DNA of 64,000 nucleotides, taken from positions 6,379 to 70,378 of the forward strand of contig DAOUJA010000034.1 of NCBI GenBank assembly GCA_034423175.1. The letters run 5' to 3'. This document shows, in pieces, positions 1-8,597 of this stretch. The translations under genes were made by a program, and so were the position numbers. The DNA is from Dehalococcoidia bacterium. GTDB lineage: Bacteria > Chloroflexota > Dehalococcoidia > Lucifugimonadales > Australimonadaceae. The notes under the pieces were generated by a model. It did not search any database. It had not been told where the DNA came from and worked only from the letters and a program-made list of their open reading frames with translations. The first letter of the stretch is position 1. Each line of letters opens with the position of its first letter.

Positions 1-373
1 CCGTCCTCCCCAGCCCGAACAGCCCCCAGAAGTGCCACACCTCCGTCATTACCGCCAGCCCCAGCAGCGCGCCGGTCACCAGCATCCCCGCAACCACCAC
101 TGCCGTCCTTGCGCCGTACCGGTCCAGCAGGTGCCCTACCATCGCCGAGCCTATGGAGCCCCCCAGGCTGCCGATCGTGAACGCCATCGCCGTCTCCCAG
201 CGCGCCCAGCCCAGCTCCTGCTCGATGGGGGTCACGAACACGGAGAGCACGGGCCCGTACATCGGCACCTGCGCGAACGTCACCACGACCGACGTGCCGA
301 CGATCGCCCAGCCGTAGAAGACGTTCTTGAACGGCCAGAGCCGGGGAAGCTGCTGGTGCTGCTGCTCGCGCAT
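1..373 (-). CDS. MFS transporter, N-terminal fragment; the gene runs off the window start. Paralog of the adjacent MFS gene.
   Basis: Minus-strand ATG at 373-371 gives MREQQHQQLPRLWPFKNVFYGWAIVGTSVVVTFAQVPMYGPVLSVFV...LLDRYGAR. This closely parallels the N-terminus of the 373..1779 product. TGATG 1-nt overlap with the upstream stop. Confidence 0.7.
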   Translation of the reverse strand, partial: MREQQHQQLPRLWPFKNVFYGWAIVGTSVVVTFAQVPMYGPVLSVFVTPIEQELGWARWETAMAFTIGSLGGSIGSAMVGHLLDRYGARTAVVVAGMLVTGALLGLAVMTEVWHFWGLFGLGRT

Positions 374-1779
374 CAGGCCGCCGCCCCCGCCGTGGACGGC
401 ACCCGCAGCGGTTTCGCCAGATAGAACGCGGCGCAGGCCACGGCGAACGCGCCCGCCGCGCCCATGAAGGCCGTGTCGTAGCTGCCCGTGGCGTCGAACA
501 GGATTGCGGCGATCAGCGGCCCGCTGATGCCCAGCAACCCCTCGATCGGCGAGATGAACCCCTTGATCGACCCGGCGTGGAGACGCCCGAAGTAGTTGGG
601 GATCATGATCATCTGCGCCACCGTCCACCCGCCCGTTCCGAGGCCGAACAGCAGTCCGAAGAACGCCGCCATCGCGTACGTTTCCGCAACGATCAGCACG
701 CCCATCGCCAGCACGAACAACGCCAGCGAAGCCATGCTCACGTAGCGCACGTGGACGCGCTCCACGAGCACGCCCCAGCCCATCATCGAGACCGCCGCCA
801 CGCCCGTGTAGATGCTCACCACCGTTACCGTCAGCCCCTCCGGGATACCCTTGTCCTGGAAGTTCGCCACCGCGTGCACGTTGATGGCGATGTGCGCCGC
901 GAGTCCCGCTGCCATCCCCGCGATGAGCATCCAGAGCGTTCGCGTCCCCCGCACCTCCCGCAGCGTCCACGAGTGCTCGCCCACCGCCGCTCCTGCCCTT
1001 TCTGTCGTCGTTCCTGCGAAGGCAGGAACCTCGCCCGGTCCCCTTTCCCCTTCCGCCGTCGTTCCTGCACTCCCCGTCGTTCCTGCGAAGGCAGGAACCT
1101 CGCCTGGTTCTGAGGCCTCCCTCATGGCCGCCCTCTCCCCGTCGGGCCGGAGCCCGAAGTCCTCCGGCCTGCGCCGGATGTACACCAACGACGGCAGGCT
1201 GATGAAGAGCGCTGCCACGACGCCGAACACGAGGAACGACTCGCGCCAGCCCAGTGAGAGGAGCAGTGGCAGGATGAGCAGCGGCATGACGGCCTGGCCG
1301 CCGCGCTGCCCGGCGGCCCGTATCGCGATGGCGCGCCCCCGCATCCGGATGAACCAGTTGGCGATGGCAACCGTCGTCCCGAGCCCTACGCCCGCAACGG
1401 ACACGGTCCGCGCCGCGCCGTACGCCACCCAGAAGTGCCACGGCTCGCTCATCGCGGCCACGCTCAGCAGGGCCGCGGCCACCAGCAGACCCGTCCCTCC
1501 CATCACGCCCCGCGCTCCGTAACGGTCCACCAGCGGGCCGATGGCCGAGGCCAGCAGCGCCCCGCCCAGGCTCCCGACCGTGAACGCCACCGTGATCGTC
1601 GTGCGCGACCAGCCGAGGTCGTCCGCGATCGGCTTGACGAACAAGGAGAACACAGGGCCGTACATCGGCACCTGCGCTATCGAGATGAACAGGCTTGTGA
1701 AGACGATGGCCCAGCCGTAGTAGGCGCGGGACGGCCACAGGCGGGGCAGCTGCTGTATGCGCGCGGGGCCATTCTCCAT
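373..1779 (-). CDS. MFS transporter (OFA/MCT-like) with a repeat-derived insert in the central loop
   Basis: ORF 373..1902 trimmed to ATG 1779 (MENGPARIQQLPRLWPSRAYYGWAIVF...). Multi-TM hydrophobic pattern and the LVDRYGARGVM loop motif. The part of the ORF upstream of 1779 lies in the repeat array. Confidence 0.85.
   Translation of the reverse strand: MENGPARIQQLPRLWPSRAYYGWAIVFTSLFISIAQVPMYGPVFSLFVKPIADDLGWSRTTITVAFTVGSLGGALLASAIGPLVDRYGARGVMGGTGLLVAAALLSVAAMSEPWHFWVAYGAARTVSVAGVGLGTTVAIANWFIRMRGRAIAIRAAGQRGGQAVMPLLILPLLLSLGWRESFLVFGVVAALFISLPSLVYIRRRPEDFGLRPDGERAAMREASEPGEVPAFAGTTGSAGTTAEGERGPGEVPAFAGTTTERAGAAVGEHSWTLREVRGTRTLWMLIAGMAAGLAAHIAINVHAVANFQDKGIPEGLTVTVVSIYTGVAAVSMMGWGVLVERVHVRYVSMASLALFVLAMGVLIVAETYAMAAFFGLLFGLGTGGWTVAQMIMIPNYFGRLHAGSIKGFISPIEGLLGISGPLIAAILFDATGSYDTAFMGAAGAFAVACAAFYLAKPLRVPSTAGAAA
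1004..1104. repeat. Family-A palindromic REP units (core GTTCCTGCGNAGGCAGGAAC), 2 full copies and 1 half copy, inside the MFS coding sequence
   Basis: cgtcgttcctgcgaaggcaggaacctcgcc at 1004-1035 and 1075-1104, half copy at 1055-1069. The same unit recurs at 1811, 2008, 2206, 2402, 11090, 13402, 39826 and 40234. Confidence 0.85.
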
Positions 1780-1807
1780 CAGGCCCCTACCATACACGCC
1801 CTGCTGT

Positions 1808-2445
1808 CCCCGTCGTTCCTGCGCAGGCAGGAACCTCGCAGCCAGACGTGGCGCACCGTCATCCCGGCACCGGCTGGGATCCAGAGTGCGCGGGCAGCGC
1901 ACGCGGTGGGGCGGTGGGAGGGGGAAGCGTTATGCCTGGCAGAGAGCAGACCCTGCACTGCCAGCGGCCCGTCTTCATACCCTTACGCGGCCTGACAACG
2001 CCCTCCCCGTCGTTCCTGCGCAGGCGGGAACCTCGCAGCCAGGCGTGGGCGCACCGTCATCCCAGCACCGGCTGGGATCCAGAGTGCGCGGGCAGCGCAC
2101 GCGGTGGGGCGGTGGGAGGGGGGAGCGTTATGCCTGGCGGAGAGCAGACCCTGCACTGCCAGCGGCCCGTCCTCATACCCTTACGCGGCCTGACAACGCC
2201 CTCCCCGTCGTTCCTGCGCAGGCAGGAACCTCGCAGCCAGGCGTGCCGCACCGTCATCCCGGCACCGGCTGGGATCCAGAGTGCGCGGGCAGCGCACGCG
2301 GTGGGGCGGTGGGGGAGGGAGCGTTATGCCTGGCAGAGAGCAGACCCTGCACTGCCAGCGGCCCGTCTTCATACCCCGTACGCGGCCTGACAACGCCCTC
2401 CTGTCGTTCCTGCGCAGGCGGGAACCTCGCAGCCAGGCGTGCCGC
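1808..2445. repeat. Tandem array, about 3.3 copies of a ~197-bp composite unit (family-A REP + family-B REP + ~95-bp conserved segment)
   Basis: Unit starts (cgtcgttcctgcgcagg) at 1811, 2008, 2206 and 2402, giving periods of 197/198/196. The units are near-identical along their whole length. Confidence 0.9.
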
Positions 2446-2502
2446 GGGGCCCTTGTCATCTCGAGCGGAGTCGAGAGATCTCTCGGGCGCGCCCCGCGCC
2501 CC

Positions 2503-3321
2503 CTACGACCTCCGCACCCGCCCGAGCAGCGCCAGCAGCGCCAGCGGAATCGTCACCACCCCGATGATCCCGATGCCCAGCAGCGCCACGAAGATATCCT
2601 CCGGCACCCAGCCGTCGCTGATGAGCGACCGCATCCCCCGCAGCAGGTACGTCACCGGGTTGTACCGGACGATGGTCTCCATCCAGCCCGTCATCGCCTC
2701 CTGCGGAACGAACACCGGGCTCAGGAACACCACCGGGAAGAAGATGATGAAGCTCGAGTTCACCGCCGCCGGATTGCCCGTCTTCAGCGCTATGGCGTAC
2801 GGGAAGCCGTTGTAGACGATCGCCCAGGTGATCGTGAGCGCCAGCAACGCTGCGATGCCGATCAGGCCCGTCGTGAAGTCCACGCCTATGGCGAATGCCA
2901 GGACGAATACCGGCACCGACATCGCAACGGCCAGCGCCATGTCCGCCACCATGAACCCCAGCAGCATCGCCAGCCGGTTCACCGGGCTCAACGCCAGCCG
3001 GTCGAAGTAGCCGTTCTGGATGTCCAGCACCAGTATGTTCGCGCGGCTCAGTCCCGTCACCGCGAACAGGATGGCGACGGGTATCTGGAACGCCTTGTAG
3101 TCGAACCCCGCTGCCGCCGCCCCGCTCGGTATCTCCGTCAGGTCCTGCAACGCGCCCACGTTGATGACGAAGAAGAACACCGGGATGATGAGCGCCGGGA
3201 TGAGCGTCTCCATGTCGCGCGGGATCGAGCGCATCGCCCGTCCGCCCAGGCTCATCACGTCCCGCAGGAAACCTGCGCGGCGCGCCGTTACCGGTGTGAG
3301 GGAACGTGTTGCCGTGGTCAC
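2503..3321 (-). CDS. ABC-2 type transporter permease
   Basis: 272-aa polytopic membrane protein. 4-nt overlap with the upstream ATPase gene. ABC-2/DrrB-like layout. Confidence 0.85.
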   Translation of the reverse strand: MTTATRSLTPVTARRAGFLRDVMSLGGRAMRSIPRDMETLIPALIIPVFFFVINVGALQDLTEIPSGAAAAGFDYKAFQIPVAILFAVTGLSRANILVLDIQNGYFDRLALSPVNRLAMLLGFMVADMALAVAMSVPVFVLAFAIGVDFTTGLIGIAALLALTITWAIVYNGFPYAIALKTGNPAAVNSSFIIFFPVVFLSPVFVPQEAMTGWMETIVRYNPVTYLLRGMRSLISDGWVPEDIFVALLGIGIIGVVTIPLALLALLGRVRRS

Positions 3322-4310
3322 GACGCCACCCCCTCCGGCTCCGCGTCGTGCGGGGCGCCTTCAGCCTCCGCCTCCATGCGCGCCCCGGTGATGTGCAGGA
3401 ACACGTCGTCCAGCGTCGGCGTGCGCAGCGTGAGCGAGTGCACCGTCACTCCCGCCCGGTTCAACGCGAGCGCAACGTCGCTGACCAGCGCCGCCCCGTT
3501 CGCCGTGGAGACGGAGATCTCGTTCTCGTACACGTCCACCTGTTGGATGGACCGCACCCGCTCCAGCGCGGCGCGCCCCTGTTCCGGCTCCCCGACGCTC
3601 GCCACGATCACGTCCGAGCCGACCGACCGCTTCAGCTCGGCGGGCGTCCCCTCCGCCGACAGCACGCCGTGGTTGATGATGCCCACCCGCTCCGCCAGCG
3701 CGTCCGCCTCCTCCAGGTACTGCGTCGTCAGGAATATCGACACGCCCATCTCGCGGTTGATGGCCCGCACGTACTCCCACACCCGGGCGCGGCTGATGGG
3801 GTCCAGCCCCGTCGTCGGCTCGTCCAGGAACAGCACCTCCGGCGCGTGGATCAGCGACGCCGCCAGGTCCAGCCGCCGCTTCATCCCCCCGGAGTACGTC
3901 CCGATCTGCCGGCTCATTGCGTCGCCGATGTCCACGAGGTGCTCGAGCTCCTCGATCCGGCGGTTCGTCTCCCTGCGGGAGAGACCGTACAACGCGCCCT
4001 GCAGGCGCAACAGTTCGAGACCGCTCTGCTTCGGGTCCAGCCCCACCTCCTGCAGCGCCGTCCCGATCTTCAAGCGGACCTGCACCGCCTGCGAGACCAC
4101 GTCGAACCCGGCGACCCTCGCGCTGCCGCTCGACGGGAGGAGCAATGTCGTCAGCACGCGGAGCGTGGTCGTCTTGCCGGCCCCGTTCGGACCGAGGAAC
4201 CCGTATATCTCGCCCGGACTCACCGCAAGGCTGACGCCCTCGACGGCGTGCACCTCGCCGAACCGCCTGTATATGTCTGTCGCTTCTATCGCGTAGTTCG
4301 TCTGAGCCAT
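3318..4310 (-). CDS. ABC transporter ATP-binding protein (DrrA/ABC-2 subfamily)
   Basis: Walker A GPNGAGKTT, signature SGGMKRRL, Walker B LFLDEPTTGLD, plus a C-terminal regulatory extension. Confidence 0.9.
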   Translation of the reverse strand: MAQTNYAIEATDIYRRFGEVHAVEGVSLAVSPGEIYGFLGPNGAGKTTTLRVLTTLLLPSSGSARVAGFDVVSQAVQVRLKIGTALQEVGLDPKQSGLELLRLQGALYGLSRRETNRRIEELEHLVDIGDAMSRQIGTYSGGMKRRLDLAASLIHAPEVLFLDEPTTGLDPISRARVWEYVRAINREMGVSIFLTTQYLEEADALAERVGIINHGVLSAEGTPAELKRSVGSDVIVASVGEPEQGRAALERVRSIQQVDVYENEISVSTANGAALVSDVALALNRAGVTVHSLTLRTPTLDDVFLHITGARMEAEAEGAPHDAEPEGVAS

Positions 4311-4399
4311 TCCGCCTCCAACTTATCAATGATACCACTGTGGGCCGATAGGGCAGTCTCGCCGTTCTTGTGAAGAACAGCGTCACGCCAGCCCCCTCC

Positions 4400-4468
4400 C
4401 GTCATTCCCGCACCGGCGGGAACCCAGTGTGCGCGGGCCGCGCACGCGGTGGGGTGGTGGGAGGGGGG
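4400..4468 (+). repeat. Family-B REP/MITE-like element (two hairpins: GTCATTCCCGCnnnGCGGGAA and GTGCGCGGGCnGCGCAC, G-rich tail)
   Basis: cgtcattcccgcaccggcgggaacccagtgtgcgcgggccgcgcacgcggtggggtggtgggagggg. Homologous copies at 1856, 2053, 2250, 5480, 11582, 33939 (partial) and 44191 (inverted). Confidence 0.85.
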
Positions 4469-4609
4469 AAGCGTCACGCTGAGCAATGAGCATCCGCTGC
4501 ACCATCACCGTCCCATTCTCATATTGTCGATGGGCTATCATCCCCCTCGAACCAACCTACCGGCCTCTCGCGCAACCGCGCAACGGGCCGGTGTCACAGG
4601 AGCCGTAAC

Positions 4610-5473
4610 ATGCACGTCACCGACCGACGACGACGCCTCCGAGGCTACTTCGAGCGCGAGGGCTGCACCCGCCCCGCGTCCGTGTTCGACCCCGTCTCCT
4701 CCCGCACCGCCTACGCCCTCGGCTTCGAGGTCGGCATGCTCGGCGGCTCCATCGCCAGCGCCGTCATCCTCGGCGCGCCGGACGTCGCCGTGATGACCCT
4801 CACCGAGCTCGCCGACCAGGTCCGCCGCATCACCCGGGCCTCCGACATCAGCCAGATCGTCGACGCCGACAACGGCTACGGCAACGCGCTGAACGTCATG
4901 CGCACCGTCCGCGAGCTGGAGGACGCCGGCGCCAGCGGCATGACCATCGAAGACACCTCCCTCCCCAGCCGCTACGGCTCAGGCGGCAAGGAGGAGCTGA
5001 TCCCCCTCGACGAGATGACCGGCAAGCTGCGCGCCGCCGTCGCCGCCCGCCAGGACGACGCCACCGTCATCCTCGGGCGCACCCACGCCATCAACGCCAC
5101 CAGCCTCGAAGACGCCGTCGAGCGCGTCGCCGCCTACGCGGAGACCGGCGTGGACGGCATCTTCCTCATGGGCATCCGGGAGGAGGCCCACCTCCAGGCC
5201 GTCCGAGCCGTCACGAGCCTGCCCTTCATGCTCGGCAGCACGCCGGAGTCACTCACGCCCGACGTCCTCGCCCCCTGGGGCGTCAGGATCGTCCTGCGCG
5301 GCCACGGCACCTTCACCCAGACCGTCCGCACCGTCTACGAATCGCTCGAGCACCAGGCGTCCGGCACCCCCTCCGCCGACCTCGCCGACCGCGAGCCCAC
5401 CCCCGAGATGATGGCCGTCGCCACCGGCGCCGCCGGCTACCGCTCCGCCCGCGAAGCCTACCTGGGAGGATAG
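4610..5473 (+). CDS. Isocitrate lyase/PEP mutase superfamily protein (oxaloacetate decarboxylase-like); specificity unknown
   Basis: Family pattern in VFDPVSSRTAYALGFEVGMLGG, VDADNGYGNALNV and GMTIEDTS. It has neither the KRCGH motif nor the PepM EDKxxxxxNS motif. Confidence 0.75.
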   Translation: MHVTDRRRRLRGYFEREGCTRPASVFDPVSSRTAYALGFEVGMLGGSIASAVILGAPDVAVMTLTELADQVRRITRASDISQIVDADNGYGNALNVMRTVRELEDAGASGMTIEDTSLPSRYGSGGKEELIPLDEMTGKLRAAVAARQDDATVILGRTHAINATSLEDAVERVAAYAETGVDGIFLMGIREEAHLQAVRAVTSLPFMLGSTPESLTPDVLAPWGVRIVLRGHGTFTQTVRTVYESLEHQASGTPSADLADREPTPEMMAVATGAAGYRSAREAYLGG

Positions 5474-5479
5474 GCGTCC

Positions 5480-5548
5480 CGTCATTCCAGCACCGGCTGG
5501 AACCCAGAGTGCGCGGGCAGCGCACGCGGGGCGGGGTAGGGGGTGGGG
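5480..5548 (+). repeat. Family-B REP/MITE-like element
   Basis: cgtcattccagcaccggctggaacccagagtgcgcgggcagcgcacgcggggcggggtaggggg. Confidence 0.8.
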
Positions 5549-5678
5549 CGCCTTGCCCCCTCTCGTGAGGAGACCGCCGTCAACGCATTGCGACATCCGC
5601 TCCTTGCCTGGTGGTGCCGCGCCACTTAGCGTGCTCGCACGAACGACCCAACGGACACGTCCAGGGAGCACGGACCAT

Positions 5679-5885
5679 ATGCCGCCAAAGGTCAGGGAAG
5701 TCATCCGCTTGGTTGAACGGGATGGATGGCGACGGGTCAGAACGAGGGGAAGCCACCACGTGTACAAGCATCCGACGAAGCCGGGCATCACCGTCATATC
5801 GGGACACCCCGGTGTGGATATGCCACAGGGAACGTGGGAGAATGTCCTGAAACAAGCCGGCCTCGACAAGAGAGCGAACCGATGA
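5679..5885 (+). CDS. hicA: HicA-family mRNA interferase toxin
   Basis: MPPKVREVIRLVERDGWRRVRTRGSHHVYKHPTKPGITVISGH matches the HicA/YcfA pattern. ATG at 5679 within ORF 5553..5885. ATGA overlap with the next gene. Confidence 0.85.
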   Translation: MPPKVREVIRLVERDGWRRVRTRGSHHVYKHPTKPGITVISGHPGVDMPQGTWENVLKQAGLDKRANR

Positions 5886-6085
5886 AGTATGCCGTCATCA
5901 TCGAGAAGGGCCCTACCAGTTACGGCGCGTACGTGCCGGACCTGCCGGGTTGCGTAGCCGCAGCCGAAACCAGGGAAGAAGTGGATACGCTCATCCGCGA
6001 GGCCATCCAACTCTACATCGAAGCCCTGCAGGAAGACGGCCAACCCCTGCCCCAACCTCACTCCTACGAGTTGATCGAGGCCTGA
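5882..6085 (+). CDS. hicB: HicB-family antitoxin (short form, 67 aa)
   Basis: MKYAVIIEKGPTSYGAYVPDLPGCVAAAETREEVDTLIREAIQLYIE is the typical HicB N-terminal domain. Confidence 0.85.
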   Translation: MKYAVIIEKGPTSYGAYVPDLPGCVAAAETREEVDTLIREAIQLYIEALQEDGQPLPQPHSYELIEA

Positions 6086-6088
6086 CCC

Positions 6089-7510
6089 CTACCCTTCCTC
6101 CGCCAGCTCCGGCCAGAGGTGCCCCCACGGGCGCGCGCGCTCCAGCGCCGCCGATGCCCGCAGCACCCCAACGTCGTCGTACAGGCGGCCCACGATCTGC
6201 ACCGCCAGCGGCAGCCCGTTCGAGTGGAACCCCACCGGCACGCAGGCCGCCGGGTTGTACGCGTGATTGAACGGCGTGGTGAAGCTCTGCGGCGGGCGCG
6301 ACCGGTCCGGCATCCGCACGGCCTCTATCCGCTGCGCCGGGCCCATCGCCGGGCTCAGCAGCAGGTCGAAGCTCCGGAACCACTCCTGCACGCGCAGACC
6401 GTACCCGCGGTTGCGGCGCACGATGCGCCGGTACTGCCACGCCTTTGCGTGCGGCCCGGCCTCGTACACCGGGCGCGCCACGTCGCTCAGGTCGTCCAGG
6501 TGCTTCTCCAGGAAGTTGGGGATCATCGCCTCGGCGGCCGCGTAGTGGTCGCCCGAGTACGCCCACACGCCCGGCTCCAGCTCCTCCGGCTCATCGATCG
6601 TCGGAGGGTCCGCCTCGGTCACGATGCAGCCGGCGTCCTCAAAGAAGCGGGCCGTATCGCGCACCAGTTCGAGCGCCTCGCCGTCCATCGCGAAGCCCCT
6701 GCCGAAGTCGTAGCTCACCGCGACGCGCAGCCCGCGCAGGTCGCCCGACGCGAACGCGAGGTAGTCGCTCACCGGCGGCAGGTTGGACTCGCCGTCGCGC
6801 GGGTCGTAGCCCGCGAGCGCCTGCAGCACGAGCGCGGCGTCGCGCACCGTGCGCGTCATCGGCCCGTTGTGCGAGCGTCCGGGCGCCGCGCGCCACGTCT
6901 GGACTGACGGTATGCGCTGGTACGTCGGCTTGATGCCGAATATGCCGTTGATCGCCGACGGCATCCGTATCGAGCCGCCCGAGTCCGTCCCGATGGCGAG
7001 CGGCCCGAGGCCCGCGGCCACCTGCGCGCCGGCGCCGCCGCTGGAGCCGCCGCACGTGTGGTCCAGGTTCCAGGGGTTGCGTCCTGGTGGGCTGAGGCGG
7101 TTGTCCACCGCGCCGTGCAGCGCGAACTCCGGCAGGTTCGTCTTGCCGATGAGCACCCCGCCCTCGCGCCGGATCCGCCGCGCCATCTCCGAGTCCGGCT
7201 GCCGGTTCTCCACGAACGCCAGCGAGCCGTAGGTCGTCGGGTGGCCCGCCATCTCGATGCTGTCCTTCAGCGATATCGGCACGCCGCACAGCAGCCCGCG
7301 CTCGCCGGAGCCGAGCCACGCGGCTTCGGCTGCTTCGGCAGCCCGCATGGCGTCGTCCGTGTTCAGCGCGAGGAACGCGCTCAGCTTCGGGTCGAGCCGC
7401 TCGATGCGCTCGAACACCTCGCGCGTCACCTCCACGGGCGAGAAGTCGCGCCTCCTGTACCCCTCGAGCAACTCCGTGGCGGAGAGCCGCCAGAATCCCG
7501 CGTCGCTCAT
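6089..7510 (-). CDS. Amidase (amidase-signature family)
   Basis: AS-family motifs CGGSSGGAGAQVAAG and GTDSGGSIRMPS. 473 aa. Confidence 0.9.
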   Translation of the reverse strand: MSDAGFWRLSATELLEGYRRRDFSPVEVTREVFERIERLDPKLSAFLALNTDDAMRAAEAAEAAWLGSGERGLLCGVPISLKDSIEMAGHPTTYGSLAFVENRQPDSEMARRIRREGGVLIGKTNLPEFALHGAVDNRLSPPGRNPWNLDHTCGGSSGGAGAQVAAGLGPLAIGTDSGGSIRMPSAINGIFGIKPTYQRIPSVQTWRAAPGRSHNGPMTRTVRDAALVLQALAGYDPRDGESNLPPVSDYLAFASGDLRGLRVAVSYDFGRGFAMDGEALELVRDTARFFEDAGCIVTEADPPTIDEPEELEPGVWAYSGDHYAAAEAMIPNFLEKHLDDLSDVARPVYEAGPHAKAWQYRRIVRRNRGYGLRVQEWFRSFDLLLSPAMGPAQRIEAVRMPDRSRPPQSFTTPFNHAYNPAACVPVGFHSNGLPLAVQIVGRLYDDVGVLRASAALERARPWGHLWPELAEEG

Positions 7511-8070
7511 GACGACGCCAGCTGCTCTTTCAGCAGCGCCGTCTGTTTCGCCATCGGCACGCCCGCCCAGCGCGGCTCGCGGTCCTCACGCTCGATGATG
7601 AGCTCGATGAGCACCGGCCCCGTCATCGCGAGGATCTCCGGCAGGCGCTCCAGCAGGTCTTCCGCCGCCTCGATGCGGAGGGCGTCCGCGTAGCCCGCTC
7701 CCTTCGCGAGCGCCACCCAGTCGAACCGCCCGATCGCGGGCAGCGGCTGGTTGCCCGTGCTCTGGTGCAACCCGTTCGCGAAGACGAAGTGGTACAGGTT
7801 CGCGGGCGACTGCCCGGAGATGGTGACGAGCGAGCCCAGCTGCATGAGCAGGCTCCCGTCGCCGTCCAGCACCACCACCTTCTTGTCGGGCCGCGCCACG
7901 GCGAGTCCCAGCCCGATGGACGACGCGCTGCCCATGCACTGCGACGCGTCCACGTGGAATATCTCGCCCTGTCCCGCCTGGTGCCACGGGTGGACCGCCT
8001 GCATCGTCACGACGGACACGGCATCGCCGCGCCCTTCCGCGAGTATCTCTATGGCCTCGTTGCGTTCCAT
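7507..8070 (-). CDS. TPP-dependent 2-oxoacid decarboxylase, beta subunit (sulfopyruvate/phosphonopyruvate decarboxylase ComE-like)
   Basis: ORF 7507..8433 trimmed to ATG 8070 (MERNEAIEIL...). TPP-binding motif GSASSIGLGLA...VLDGDGSLLMQLG. Confidence 0.8.
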   Translation of the reverse strand: MERNEAIEILAEGRGDAVSVVTMQAVHPWHQAGQGEIFHVDASQCMGSASSIGLGLAVARPDKKVVVLDGDGSLLMQLGSLVTISGQSPANLYHFVFANGLHQSTGNQPLPAIGRFDWVALAKGAGYADALRIEAAEDLLERLPEILAMTGPVLIELIIEREDREPRWAGVPMAKQTALLKEQLASS

Positions 8071-8072
8071 GA

Positions 8073-8594
8073 TTACACCGTTGGCGCGCCCACGATGAGC
8101 GCCGCGGGCCCCATCGTCTCGTGGGCGCGCTCGTAGGCCGCCCGGATGTTCCCTATGTCGTCCGGCCCCTCCAGCCGCCAGTTCGGCACGCCCCACACGT
8201 TCAGCGTCGGCTCCACCATGCGGACGGCCCGGGACCGGCTCTCCTCTATCGGCACCATCGGGTCGCGCTGGAACTGCCCCACGAAGATGAACGTGGGGAT
8301 GCGCGCGTCCAGCGGTATCGCCTTGATCGTGTTGATGGACGCGAAGATGCCGTTGTTCTGGATAAGGAGCATCGGGTTCTTCCCGCCCATGTACAGCCCG
8401 GCGTTGATGCCCATCGCCTCGTCTTCGGTGCACGCCATGATGAACCGCATGGACGGCTCCTCCCGCAGCGCCGCGATCAGCGTCTTCTGGTAAGAGTCCG
8501 GGATGCAGATGACGTGGTCTATCCCCAGCGCGCGTAACTCCGCGACGATGACCGACGCCTCGACCCCGACCGCAACCGGCTTCGCTTCCGTCAT
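8073..8594 (-). CDS. TPP-dependent 2-oxoacid decarboxylase, alpha subunit (ComD-like, pyrimidine-binding domain)
   Basis: LGIDHVICIPDSYQKTLI...CTEDEAMGINAGLYMGGK matches the N-terminal domain of TPP enzymes. Its stop is 2 nt before the beta-subunit start. Confidence 0.8.
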   Translation of the reverse strand: MTEAKPVAVGVEASVIVAELRALGIDHVICIPDSYQKTLIAALREEPSMRFIMACTEDEAMGINAGLYMGGKNPMLLIQNNGIFASINTIKAIPLDARIPTFIFVGQFQRDPMVPIEESRSRAVRMVEPTLNVWGVPNWRLEGPDDIGNIRAAYERAHETMGPAALIVGAPTV

Positions 8595-8597
8595 ACG

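Noticed and set aside
1808-2445. Regularly spaced palindromic repeats that could be mistaken for a CRISPR array
   Set aside because: The ~165 bp between the palindromes is itself conserved from unit to unit, so there are no unique spacers. The period (197 bp) is far too long. No cas genes are present in the window. It is a tandem duplication of a composite REP unit.
2281-4296. 671-aa plus-strand ORF, and similar long ORFs at 17560..19461(-), 20526..22658(-), 23121..24587(+), 44585..46435(+), 51423..53204(+) and 15089..16300(-)
   Set aside because: All are antisense to, or out of frame with, genes that have clear family motifs. Their translations are Arg/Pro/Gly/His/Asp-rich low-complexity strings typical of shadow ORFs in high-GC DNA. 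None shows a recognisable motif.
4610-8594. PEP-mutase-family gene near a phosphonopyruvate-decarboxylase-like split TPP enzyme, suggesting phosphonate biosynthesis
   Set aside because: The ICL/PEPM-family protein lacks the PepM-specific EDKxxxxxNS motif (it reads IEDTSLPSRYGSG). It is on the opposite strand. It is separated from the decarboxylase genes by hicAB and an amidase. The decarboxylase sits in a catabolic-looking operon.
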